64,000 nt of DNA from Yuukianura sp. NJ FZ-2021 (lineage: Eukaryota), in the NCBI GenBank assembly GCA_046563655.1, contig CM102285.1:11222001-11286000 (forward strand), written 5' to 3'. The notes below the pieces were generated by a model. It was not told the DNA's origin. It searched no databases and worked only from the letters and a program-made list of their open reading frames with translations. The translations under genes and the position numbers were made by a program. Of this stretch, positions 52,072 to 64,000 are shown in pieces. Within the stretch, counting starts at the first letter, position 1. Every line of letters begins with the position of its first letter.

Positions 52072-53243
52072 CTACTTTTTCTTGACTTCGTCGTCAATTG
52101 TGATTTCGTCATATGACGGATTTGCGTCAGAAGACACAAAGACAGCGTTACTGTCGTTATTGATGTCTCCAGGTCCTGAGGGTGGATTTGCATCGTCATT
52201 ACTTTCGTCCTTTGGTGGAGTCTCATAAGTGAACAGGCGGTAGACGATACTTCCCAAAACGCCACCAAAAGTCGGACCCACCATGTAAACCTTCAAAGGT
52301 CAAAGGCCATCATGTCAAAGGCGATGAAAGACACAAAACGAGAAGTGATGCAGTACATATTGACAGTTTGACTTACCCACAACTGCTCAAAATGCAGCAC
52401 CACCAACGCTGGTCCAAATGAACGTGCTGGGTTCAAGCTTCCTCCAGTTGCAGGAACCTGTGATAGGATGAGGAATTGTTATTAAAATTGTGTTATCAAC
52501 TAAAATTTCATGTTAAATTTACAAATCCAAATTCCAGTGCGCAGAGGCTGAATCCGATACCGACAGCAACAGATCCATGACTAAAGTCTGAACATCGTTT
52601 GTCCGTGATGAGCAGAATGGTCATAACGAAAATGAACGTAACGAGGAGTTCCGTAAAAAGTCCTTGTTCCATGGTCATGTCTGGATTGATCTTGGTGAGG
52701 CCAAATTGCGGAGCTCGGACTCCGTCGTACTTCTCTGCTTGCAGAACCTGCAAAAAATTAAATACAATTTCAGTAATTTTTCATTTGCAGAAACCAGCAA
52801 TTTCCGAAAATCCTACGTAAAGCAGTCCAGCACCACAGAGGGCTCCCAGGTATTGAAAAACAATGTAGCCAGCTCCCAGTGCTCCATTGATTCTGGTTGC
52901 AATGATCATTCCCACGGTCACGGCTGGGTTGAAGTGACCTCCACTGATTGGCCCGAAACCCTGAAATTCCAAAGTCAAATTCCGCAAACGTTTTAAACCC
53001 AAGTACTCCAAAACTGTAGTTTTCAAAATTGTGTTTCAATGTGTCACATGAACATACATAAATGATCGAGGCCAAAATGAGGCCAAAGGTCAGTCCGATT
53101 CGAGTCAACTTAGCCGTGTCCACCTCGTGAGTCCAGTTGAGGCAAGATGCTACGCCAACGAAAGTCAGGATGGCAGTCCCCAGGAATTCGGCCATCAACG
53201 CCTTCAGGTTGTCCACGTTAAAGTACTCGGATTTCTTTGCCAT
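52072..53243 (-). CDS. Aquaporin (MIP family, AQP4/Drip/Prip-related branch)
   Basis: Five coding exons (~53243-53060, 52961-52817, 52747-52523, 52457-52377, 52290-52072): AEFLGT (TM1), ISGGHFNPAVT (NPA1), TELLVTF (TM4), TGGSLNPARSFGPA (NPA2), WVYMVGP..GG (TM6), acidic tail. Confidence 0.95.
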
Positions 53244-54075
53244 TCTGAAAATGAGAGTGAAATTATGAAATCCAAGATGTGAACGAATCTAAGTTATTTG
53301 GAGAATCGCAATACGTTTAAACAAGGGGTATTGCCACACTTACATAATGGTTTTGGTTCCGCAATATAACGAACTGAAAAACTTGTGGACGGACAAGATT
53401 CCAGAAGCCAGAAGATCCTTCCAGTCAACAAGCAGCGAACTTCTGGAGATGCAAGGACAAGAAGACCGCAAATGGAGCAGCAACACGACGCAGCGAAAGT
53501 TCAACTAGAAAGTTGACGTTTGCATTATAAGTTAAGATTCTGCCCGTTGTCATGGAAACAGAATCAGAATTTGAGCTCAGAATTTTAATTTGATCAAAAT
53601 TTTGCACACAGTTTGTAAACATATTCTTGGAATACTGCACCTTGGCAACTGTTTGTCAACAAACGGTTTTCTTTTCTGTTACGCACGAAGAGATTTCGTA
53701 TGATTTTTTTTTGTGTTTTGGGTACTTTCTCCTGGAAGGGAGAAAGGAAAACGCATCCTTTGGCATTGGATTAATATCAGAGAATCGAATGTCGGTCATA
53801 AATTGACTCAAATGTTGAAGGGTGCAAAGGGGACTTTCTCTTCATGGAGTTTATCCAAAAATCGGAACAACTCCAGCTCCTAGCTCTACACAGAAACTTT
53901 CATGTCAAAATCCAAACCATGCATTGGAAAGATACCCACTTCTGCCGGAACAGAGAAAACCCCGAATTTCTATGACCCAAAATCTTAACATAGGGTGTGG
54001 CACGTCCTATTCTGCACATTACTGGATTTTGAAACGTTTTCGTTTCGCGTACAAACCTATGCCTTATAATTAAAT

Positions 54076-54232
54076 AAGTGCAGAATTATTGAGAAACAGT
54101 GAGTGTCGGGTGATACAAAGTCACAGTGTGATTTATATGGTAAGGTGAGTCGTGCAGACTGGTGTCCTAAAAATGGACACTCGATTTTCGCCCAAAGCTA
54201 TCCGGTGATTATGCGAAACAAAAAGGTTCTCA
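54076..54232 (+). repeat. Dispersed conserved non-coding element, copy 3 (shorter, more diverged)
   Basis: CAGTGAGTG...TCACAGTGT, AGACTG.TGT..AAAAA, CTCGATTTTCG, AGCTATCCGG..ATTATGCG.AACAAAAAGGTTCTCA blocks occur in the same order and with similar spacing as in copies 1 and 2. Confidence 0.85.
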
Positions 54233-54252
54233 CTTTTTCTCAAATTTTTTTC

Positions 54253-54283
54253 GTGACGTCACTCATCTATTTTGTGACGTCAC
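54253..54283. promoter_or_regulatory. Two palindromic CRE (ATF/CREB) sites
   Basis: GTGACGTCAC occurs twice, about 20 bp apart, directly after element copy 3. Confidence 0.45.
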
Positions 54284-57200
54284 TTATCTTATCAGGAATG
54301 CCCTTTTCTCGCATTCCCTTTCCTGGCGCATTCCTTGTTTGTTTACAGAAGAAAATAATTAATTTTTATGTGGCGTTCAGTTGTAGCAATAAAAATTTCA
54401 ATTGCCTTTACTTTTATTTCTTAGTTTTTTAAAAATTGTAATTGTAACCGCAACTTATAATTATTGTGCTATATACTTACAACTTTATAATTATTATGGT
54501 TAACTAAAATACTAAATGCATAGTTTATTTTTGTAGTGCTTACTTCGTTTTTGTTTATGCAAAGGCTGGCTCCTAGTGAAGCTCTTCTGAGTTTATTATG
54601 CTTCCCAGAGACAATGAAAAAGCAGCCATCGTTCTTCAATCTGTTGAATCTTGCGAACATTTGTATTCTCGTCACCCAGAAAATTGTTACCCCAAATCGT
54701 CTCGCTTGCTCCAACATCACAGAATCTACAACGATTTGGATTTTCAATAACTTCGAAAATAGAAAAACAAATACAACACTTTACAGTCAATTGAATCTCG
54801 ATCCTTTGAATAATCTCTTCAAACATAAACTTTGAAACAGAAAAGAAGACTAAAGAAATCGAATTTATCAATTTGAGGACAACATCTTGAGAAGAACGTA
54901 AAAGATGACCTGTCCAAAAGAAAAGCAATATGATTTCCAGCAGTGACGCGTGATTGAAACAATAAAATATAACACTCGGTTTGAAATAAGAAACGAAAGT
55001 GACGGGACATAGTAGGGTCACGTAGTACGGTTGCCCATTTGTGCTTTCTCCACTGTCACTTTCCCTTTTGAATAAGTACTCTTCCCCTGGCTTTAGTCCT
55101 ATTGTCATCTCCCACGTTCCAGAATCTAGATAAAGTCCATTTTAAAGTTACGTTAGCTTCTCAAAAGCATTGTGTCTATTTTCATTCGGAAGGGGGGAAA
55201 GAATGAAGATGATTTGACTTTTAGTGATTTTGACGGAAAAGAAAGCCGGATTTTCCTTTGGCTTTTACCAATCCATCCAGGGACAAGCGGAATCGTTTGG
55301 TATTCTGGACGATGAGGGGGAAAGTAGGTCTAAAACTAAAGGAAAAAAGTGAAGAGGGGAAATTTGTTCCCAAAAGAAAACCTTTTGTTTCTATCTGTTT
55401 TTGTTCTGCTGAGGAAATAGGGTGGTAATCGAGTGGTCAGTTTCTCCCCTCTTTTACTTTCTTTTATCAGAAAATGGAAGATGAATTTTCACTGATTTTA
55501 CTGTTTTTGATACAAATCTTCCTAAAGTGGTCAGCTTCAGTTGTAATTTTGTCTCCTGCACTCAAATTTTATTTGAGCGAGTTTATTTCAACAAAAATTT
55601 TCTCGGCGAGTGTCCGAAATATTCTGTCAACCGTACGAATGCGTGACGGAGAGATCTTCACAAACAAGATAAAGTTTGCCAAAATTTTGAATCAATTTTT
55701 GCAACGATGGCTCGTGCTGTTGAAGCATACACATGTAAACAGGAAGTGTAAACAGAGTTCTTAAGATAAAAATTGAATTACTAAACTTTAACAGAAAAAA
55801 AAGTTTTGTAATTGAAACTAACGTTTCAGTTTAGGTTTAAGTCAAGATCAAAAATGTTTAGAGAAGGAGCACGAGTTGTTGGCGCCGTCTTAAAAGTCAC
55901 GAAGTCAAGGATAATGGATGGTGGTAGCCCTTGGAAATTTGCCTGAATGCTGAGCGGGCAAGACTTTCTTTGTAAAATTCAAAAAGTTAATCACACAATG
56001 GCCATCATAACAATTGACTCATTCTAAAATCTAGAAGATCCAGAAGTGGGTTCTTGACACGCGTAAAAGGAGAAGAAACTTGCGCCAAGAATGGCTTTAA
56101 GGGTAACTTATCACGAAGGATTTGTCTGTTAGACCAAGAACTGAATATTAAGATAAGGCTCTTCTCTGGTCATGATTTGTTTTGGCATTTATTGGTGTTG
56201 GAAATCTGTAAAGATGTAAGAGGCAGATAAGATCCAAAGATCCAACCACCAGCATCTTTGAGCATTAGCCGTAAACTTCCGTTCTGTAAATGTATGTAAA
56301 TTCTTGGATCACAGTCAGTCCAGAGGCAAGGCAGACTAGAAAAAAAGCATCTTCATGAAATTTTATGTGCCAAAATCTTTCGGAAAGCGCCACGAATCCA
56401 CCACCATCTTTATCCTTATCCGATTCAATTTCAAGAATTGGGCTCAAGTAATAGTAAATTCAATTTTATGCCTTTCCTCGACTCTTCTTCAAATTTTCAA
56501 GACAGTTGTTGCTTTCAAAGTTATTCACTTTGATTAGAAAAATTCTTGAGAGAAAACTTTCTCTTTTTGGGAAAATTTTCTCCGAAAAAAAACGGAAATG
56601 GCCATAGGGTGTGACACGCTTTTGACAGAAAGTTGGCCCAGAGTCCTTTCACTAAATTGTTGTGTAAATTGATGATGGCCTTCTGGAAAGTTTCGATTGT
56701 TTGTGGACAGGCAGACCCATGTTGCTTGTATTTATTCCCAGTGACATCCGGAACTTAATGAGGTGTGAATAAGTACTACAGCAGTAGGAATCGACACTTA
56801 CAAAAGCAAAAGATCCTACGATATGTTCCATGCACGTAACACGCAAAACCCCTTTTATCACCCCAACTTTCACTTTGTCCTTGTCACGACGTGAGGTAGG
56901 GCCTCCTGTGTCCTGAATTTATTTACGACAGGGTTCATGCTGTGCCCCTGTCACATCATCCCTCCAGGACCCCTTCCTTGATTAACCCACAGAAGCTCTT
57001 CAACCCCTGACCTCGATTACATAAACAGCTCCTGTTTGGCAGTTGAAGTCCCGTCATGCCGGCAGACTGTTTACGTTATGATTTCAGGTCAAGCACAGTT
57101 TTTCGACACTAGTTACAAACATTTCAAGATTTTCCGAAACCGGCTTGCGCGAAGTGTGCCGAAAGCAATTTTTTTCAGAATTGACCATGAGTTCTACTAA

Positions 57201-60200
57201 GCTTTTGAAAAGTCTCAAAGATAAACGCGATGGGATATTTGAGTGTTAAACAATTTGACGTTCGAGGCGTCAGGGTCATCGTGTCAACGGATCCATTCTT
57301 ACAAAAAATTATGAAGAACACAGGCTACTGTTTACACAAAGACAAAGCAGTTGCAAATGATGAGATTGATGATCCGTGCCCATTGTTTATCCTTGACTTT
57401 TAAATTGCCTTGTTTTCACAAGGGACTTGTCTTTGATACAATCCGTCAGCGTGTATTACTGAACTGCTAATCTCTAACGTTTACATCAACATTTCTGTTC
57501 TCTGCCAAGAAGTGTGTCTAGAAACAAACAAAAAACAGGTTTGGCCAAGGGAAATAATATTTTAAACGTAAACTGTTAAATGAAATCAAATCTTGAAACT
57601 AACATTTCTTGTGTTAAAACACAACTTGTTGTCTCATTTCAAAAGTGAGTGGAGCCTAAGCTTACAAAAAAAACCGAGAATATTTTGGAGAAAGTCGACG
57701 AAAAATAAAAACTCGTAAAAAATAGAACTGTTCAGAAATTCAGAAAAAATTGAAAGGTTGGGAATTTTTTTTTAAATTGAATCTTATGGAGAAAAGCTAA
57801 GTTCAATTTTTTACTCCTGTTTTCTGGTACACAATAATTCATTTGTGCTTAGTACTCCCCCACACGTCCGAGGCTTCTTTAGAAGGTTAACATGGATTGG
57901 TGGTGGTGCGTGAGTCACTTACGACCAGGAGATAAATTGGATTAGAGTTTAAGTACTTTAAGGTTGAAGCGTCTAAATAAATGGGCAATCACGGAAGGGA
58001 GGAGACCAAGATGACCAAGGGCAGTCAGACGACACGGTGAATCTCCCACACGAAATGACTCTGATGAAAAGACCGAAAAAAAAGCGGGACGCTTTCGAAA
58101 GATCCTCGGATATTTGTCTCCGGGAAAGCAGCCCACTTGTCTCTGGAGGGACTTCTTTTGGCTTTTTTTTTCTCTACTAAAAAAGAAGTGTAAAAGAACG
58201 ACGACGGGCCCAATTGACTTTCTCCCTGATTTCAAATCATTGAACTTTCTTCCATCCCTCCACAAAACCATCTTGATCATCCCCACTTCAAAAAAGTCAA
58301 AGCGAACTTTCATGTCCCACCTTCATCCAAATTCACTTCAGACGCACTACAAAGTGAAAACGTGAGGCTGAGAGTGCCACTTGACCAACCGGTGGGTCAA
58401 CTTTTACTTTTACTTTATCGACAAAGAAGTCTCTTGTGCTCCTATACTAAGGAAAAGTTTAGTTCCGTTTTTAGAATTTTCAACATTCCGAAAATCCATT
58501 TTGAGGCTCATTTGAGTTGAATTCAAATTTATGAAGGAAAACTACCCTTGACCAAAAAAGAGAAAGTTGGAACTTAAGCCAACCTGTGATGTGCAATCTT
58601 CTTTAATGGGAATAGACAACTTCTGGTTATTCACTGGTTGAAGTTATGACCTGCACTGGTCATTCCCGTTTTTACATAGTAATGCATCGGACTTTCACCA
58701 AACTTTCACTTTGTGGGTCTACAAAGGATGTGCTAAGGTTCGCCTGGTTGCGTCTTTCAGATGCAACAACAAGAAAAAACGCACAGGGAAATTTCGGTTT
58801 TCATTCTTTTCTTCGATTTTTTTTTACTTTTTCCAAGTTACAGCTCATTGATACTGATTTATTTCTTTGAATAATGGGGAAAGAACTTTTTTTTTGGGAG
58901 AAAAGAGCAGGGGCAGTTGTGGAGTCATTTTCATATGAAAGAAAAGCATCTCCACCCTCCTTGCAAACGGAACCGTTAAGTCCAAATGTTACTCCTAGAA
59001 ACGTCCTGGAAGCCCCTGGACACAGTGGACAGTTATTGAAGTTTGGCTGGAAATGGACACTGGTTCAGTGGCTGTTATTATCCTCCGTTTTTTACAGTTC
59101 TTCATTTGTTTGGGGGAAACCTTTAAGAGTTTGCAAGTAAAACCTTCATTCATTTAAATCCGAGAACCCACCAAAGACATTTCTACTGTCCAAGTCAACT
59201 GGAAGAGGGAATATGGGTAGCTGGACCTCATTTCGGCTAAAACCCATTGAAACTTGTCATTTCCTGGTCCACCAGTCTTTCCAAAAAGTCTTTCTTCCAT
59301 TTCATGTCACCCAACAATAAAAGTTACCTAATGGCATTTCATCTTCCTTTTATTTGATTTCAACTTCCAGGAAAAACGGGTCTTCAGTAAAAAGAACAGT
59401 GATTTCATCTTGCAAAGTGATCTTGCTCAAGGGCATAAACAGGAGCTGGCACTAGGAGGTTTGTTAAAAACTTGACGCTTTTGCTAATTTTCGCTGAATC
59501 GACTTAACTCTTGCCTAAAAAATCAGATACACGATCTATGCAATCGATCTCTCTGACGATTAACTCAAGTGTAGAGTTGATTTAAAAAATGATTCTAAAA
59601 ATCTTGGCTTTGTAGAGAAGGCTCCGCGTGGGAACTCAAGTTTCTGTCAAGTCAGTTTTTTTTTTCGCGATTTTTGATGACGAATCTTTTGAAAGGAAAC
59701 ATTGTCAAAGTCACACCTATTGAAAACTGCATTTCCGAATAATGAAAGATGCAGTGCCTAGATACTAGGTTAGTTTTCGGTTTTGAAGGTTAGTGTGTGC
59801 TTTTTTCGTGTTTAGTTGATGCACTTTTTGTGCAACGTGACCTTTGACCTTCATGAGTTCTTAGAAGAGACAATCTAAAGTTAATCGCAACTTGAAGCTA
59901 ATAATGTTTTGGGTAACACAATTTTCTAATTGTGACCTTTTAACCTTCTAGTGTTCTCAGAATTAATCATTTTGCCTTAATCGCTCGTAACTGTAGGTTT
60001 CCCGGGTGGAAAAAGTTAAACTGTTTCTAGTACGTTATCTTATGATATGTTTTCTGGGTTCATTTTTATAAGCAGTTTAGTTAGAAGGGAAGACGGGAGA
60101 CAAAAATTAAACTTTCTCTTGCCCTTTCCGTGCACACTCAATTTATACGACATTGGAATCAGAGGGTGTTTTCCCTTCTGTTGGGTCCATTCCATGTCAT

Positions 60201-63200
60201 CTGCTTCATCCATGTATTGGAAGATTCTCATCTTCGATGGGGACACCAAAATTCATTTCTTTGGACCTTTAGTACAGCCTAGCATTGGGTACTGGAGAAA
60301 ATATGTCCAGACAAAGTCCAAAATATCTCTGAGTTCATCCAGGAAAGAAAAGCAGGACCTAGCAGTTCCCTAAATCCTGGAAGTCTCCCTTCCAAAAAAA
60401 AACTGTAAAGACTCTACAAAATAACCCATAACTCATTCCAGGCGCAAGGGACTTTTTCTGGAAGAACAGAACATGGACAGGACAACGGACACTTCGGTTC
60501 GGGTTTAGCTTTGAAAACACAATCGTGTAGTCTGGAGGAAATGAAAATCTTTGTCCAAAATCAGAACTTGTCTGACCTTTTGACACTTACATCTTGCCCT
60601 ACTGCCCGTCCAACGGACGCCACACCACCATTTGTTATTTTAGCTGACCTCTGGACTAACATAACCTATTACTACACTAACTTTTTCTGCTTCACATCTT
60701 TATTCAACCAACAACAATCTGAGCACGCTCCATTTCGTGCTTAATTGCCAACTCCGTTTGACTCTCAATCTGATTTCAGGGACTCATAAATTGTTAAACA
60801 AGACGCTGAAGACGGAAGAAAACGTCGCCAATTTAGTTAACCTTTGACCCCGTCACAATCTAGACAAATCAATGGGTCACTGGTGTATTGTTCCATTACC
60901 AAATTGTTCAATTTTCACAGTCTATAGAAACCTTTGAACCTTAGAGACACAAGAGAAGCTTTTATCTGTAATTAGAGCTGCAGAAAGCATATCAAGTGGA
61001 GACATTTGGCTCCAATTTGGAGTTTAGTAGAACAAATTGATGAATTTTGTGATCTTTGGAATTGGACCGAAGAGCTTCGATGTTTGTTGAGGCTAAAGAT
61101 TGTCTCAAAGGTTGAAGAAAGTGAAAGTAATTAACTACGAGCCAAAGAGATTTGTCGTTCGTAGATTTATGGACTTGGAAGTCCACCTCCACTTTCACTA
61201 TTATATTTTTAGGTCCAACTTTTATTATTTTGGCCTCCGCTTTTCCTATCCCAAGTCCAAACTATAAATCTACAACATGTCCAACAGAGCTTCCTCTTCC
61301 TCTATCTCTATTTGTGTCCTGCCTTTTTTGTTGAAAGTTAAATCTAGCTTTAAAAAAATCTTCCTAACTTTTAGTAAACTCTAATAAATAATCTGTTAAA
61401 TTCAATGCCAATGTCACAATAAACTCAGAATTGAGGCAGAGTACAATAAATGACTTTTTGAAAACGATTACTTTTGAATGAATGATCTTTGGAAGTTAAT
61501 TGTTCGCCGACAGATTACAGGACACTAGCACTTAGAAAGTGTCAATAACAATTAACGATTAGTGTGGCACCAGAAGTCTGAATGTCCGACCTCTTGGCCT
61601 CTCTGGGTACAAAATTGGATACATTTGAATGATCTGCAAAGTAAATTGTTTGTGGGTCAATTTTAGTACTTTGAGCTTCTGTCGGTTCTAATTACAATTG
61701 ATTTCTTTTTGCCAATTTTTATTTAGGACTAGTTTAAACTGGTTTCGGTGAACCCCGAAATTTAAAGAACTATGAGCATTTACTAAAATTGGACAGTTTT
61801 CAGTAACAAAAAGAAATGTTAGCCACTTTTTTTGTGTGTTTGAAGGATGTTGAATTGTTTTCAATTTGTAGCATTGGATGTGAATTGAATGGGTAAGTGA
61901 TGGACGTATTGATTTATTGTTCTTCGTGGTCTTTATTTCCAGTTTGCCTTCACCAAATAACCCAAATTCACCCTACACCGCACCAAGTCCTGCGAAAATA
62001 CTCCTTCGTCAGCTAAAAAATGACAAACCATGTGAGGGTGAAAGCAAAAACTTTCACTCCCTCCGCATTCCGTTCTTCGCTTTATTTCAGTTATCAACGT
62101 GCCCAGAAAATAAGCACGCAAACTTAGTATTCACACTTGAAAAATTTTGCAATTGATTCTGGGTCTTGAAAACAGCCAGAAGTTTTCTATCCGCTCAGTC
62201 TACTGGATTTACATGTTAGTGAAGTTACAGCTCAAGTTATATGTTAGTGAATTTAGTCAGATTTGAATTTGAATTCCACTGGCCTTTGGCTACAAGATTT
62301 TGTGAAAGCAGAGGAACGTGCCGAGTGGATGAAAGCGTTAATCCCATTGAGAAGGTTCCCGCAGGAAGCGGTTCCATTGTTGTCTCCTTTTCTTTTGTTT
62401 GAGCCACTTTCACATGAGGAAAGCTCCATCCACTATCTACGCCATCAAAGTTCTCAAGGGGGAATTGTGGGATTCGGCAATGAGGAGAAGGAAACTCATA
62501 AAAATAGTTCCTGTGAGTGTGAGAAACTTTTTAGGAAAAAAAGAACAAAATTCAAGTGTCAAATCAAACCATTCCTATTATTGTGGGATAGAAAAATCAA
62601 TTAGAAAGTAGCGTCGAGTTCATTTGCCAAATGATTATGGACAAGCACGCTTGAGAAACATTTTGAAATGTTACGACTTGTTCAAATCCAATCCTTTCTA
62701 AAATGACTAACTCCTTTTGTTCTAAATTGTTTGTGACAAAGATTAAAGTCAAAAGTGCAGTTAACCACGTTCCAAAATAATCTGTTGTGTAGTTCTCATT
62801 TTTACAAAAGCCAAAGATCCAGGTCACAGAGGTCACGGAGATTAAGCGGTGACCGAGTGAGGACAGTTTTCAGATTAACTAGAATGGAGCGTCGCAATTT
62901 GACATTATTTTGGCAAACTTTGTTGCAAGGAGGGAATGAATGAATCTTTTTAGTTTCTGTTACATGTAATTCAAATGTGCATTTGCGAATTTTATCTCCG
63001 TGTGTCAAGTGGCCTAATCAATGCTCTCCAAGAGTTCGGGGTCAGTTACATCGCTACAATTATCCCAACTCGAAGAAATGACTTTAACCTTGTTCAGAAC
63101 ACTAACCTTTGAATTTTTAAACTTTTTAGAAAAACAATTTTGGATATTTTATATATGTACTACTTTGCAAGTCATTTCTAAAAATAAATTTCCTCAAATG

Positions 63201-64000
63201 AAGGAGATGGAAAAATATTTTAGTTTGGGTTGACGTGGACGATTGATAAATAAGCAATATTTATTTTCTTTTTAAAGCATTTTAGGAGAAAGCATCGAAA
63301 CATCAATACAATAATTAACTATTTATATTAGAATAATTAAGATTAATTAAACTTAATTTCAAAATACGTTTTTCATGTTTTGACATTGATTTACAACAAA
63401 ACCATTCGTGCAGCTTTTAAAATCATTTTTGCACTAATACGTGGATTTTGTTTTTCAAAAATATTTTTGGCGTTAAGCCAAACCAGAACTTTTACAATTT
63501 ACGTCAAAGTTGTTTTTAAAATACAAGATACGATTACAGTTTTAAATTGTTCTAAAAATTAACCACTCTACTAACTATGCTATTTACCAACGTTAAGTAC
63601 AAAGTCATTACCTTTAACGGCCAAATTTAAAATCGTGTAAGTACTCATTGCAGGAGTGTCGGAAGTGTTTTTGTACACTTCTCTATTTCCTCTACTAGGC
63701 CTAAAATACAACAGTAACCTTTGTTCTGTCATAACCATGCATCAATCTGTGACCATTAAAAGAAACCCAAAGTGTTGAAATGAAGGATAACAGTTAAAGG
63801 TTCTAAAAGTTGAAACTGAAGATCATAAATTTTAGACTTTGAGAGAATTGACACGTTTGACACAAAACAACACGAGAGGAAGAGGGCTTTTGTTTCATTG
63901 CAAAAAAAAACACAAAGTTAAAGTTACTGTTAAAGCAAATTACGATTTCGCTGCAACAATCTCATAAAAATTGCAACAAAATACGAAGACCTCTTCAACA

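Noticed and set aside
57335..57436. ATGATGA within a CAAAGACAA..TTGTCTTTG inverted repeat, possible C/D snoRNA or miRNA
   Set aside because: No CTGA D box at the 3' end and no extended pairing.
60040..60586. Minus-strand NPNRSVRCPVHVL reminiscent of DIRS/Crypton tyrosine-recombinase CPV motif
   Set aside because: No HxxR or catalytic Tyr motif could be found; three residues are not enough.

Overview
Eukaryotic, intron-containing, AT-rich genomic DNA, very probably from an arthropod (it carries a TkR86C/natalisin-type receptor). No prokaryotic features, CRISPR arrays, rRNA or convincing tRNA genes were seen. Eight spliced genes can be reconstructed by hand: a Ly6/three-finger protein (+), YIF1 (+) and SYS1 (-) as a convergent pair, a TkR86C-like GPCR (+), a KCBP-type kinesin-14 with a C-terminal calmodulin-binding-like helix (-), a full-length ABCA1/2/4-type transporter with a tandem-repeat tail (+), WWOX with a GC-AG intron (+), and an aquaporin with Glu in place of the ar/R His (-). 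The most notable unexplained structure is a 160-270 bp non-coding element present three times (9.1, 32.3 and 54.1 kb). It has conserved blocks and hairpins, each copy points into an unrelated downstream sequence, and copies 1 and 2 sit at the edges of compact-intron gene clusters and bracket a 23 kb block as inverted repeats. Also present are two related foldback MITEs (one with an 8-bp TSD, Merlin-like), a short Helitron-like insert, a decayed LINE RT fragment and several decayed coding-like segments. About 55-64 kb looks essentially non-coding. All calls are by-eye translation and recalled family motifs, with no database search.
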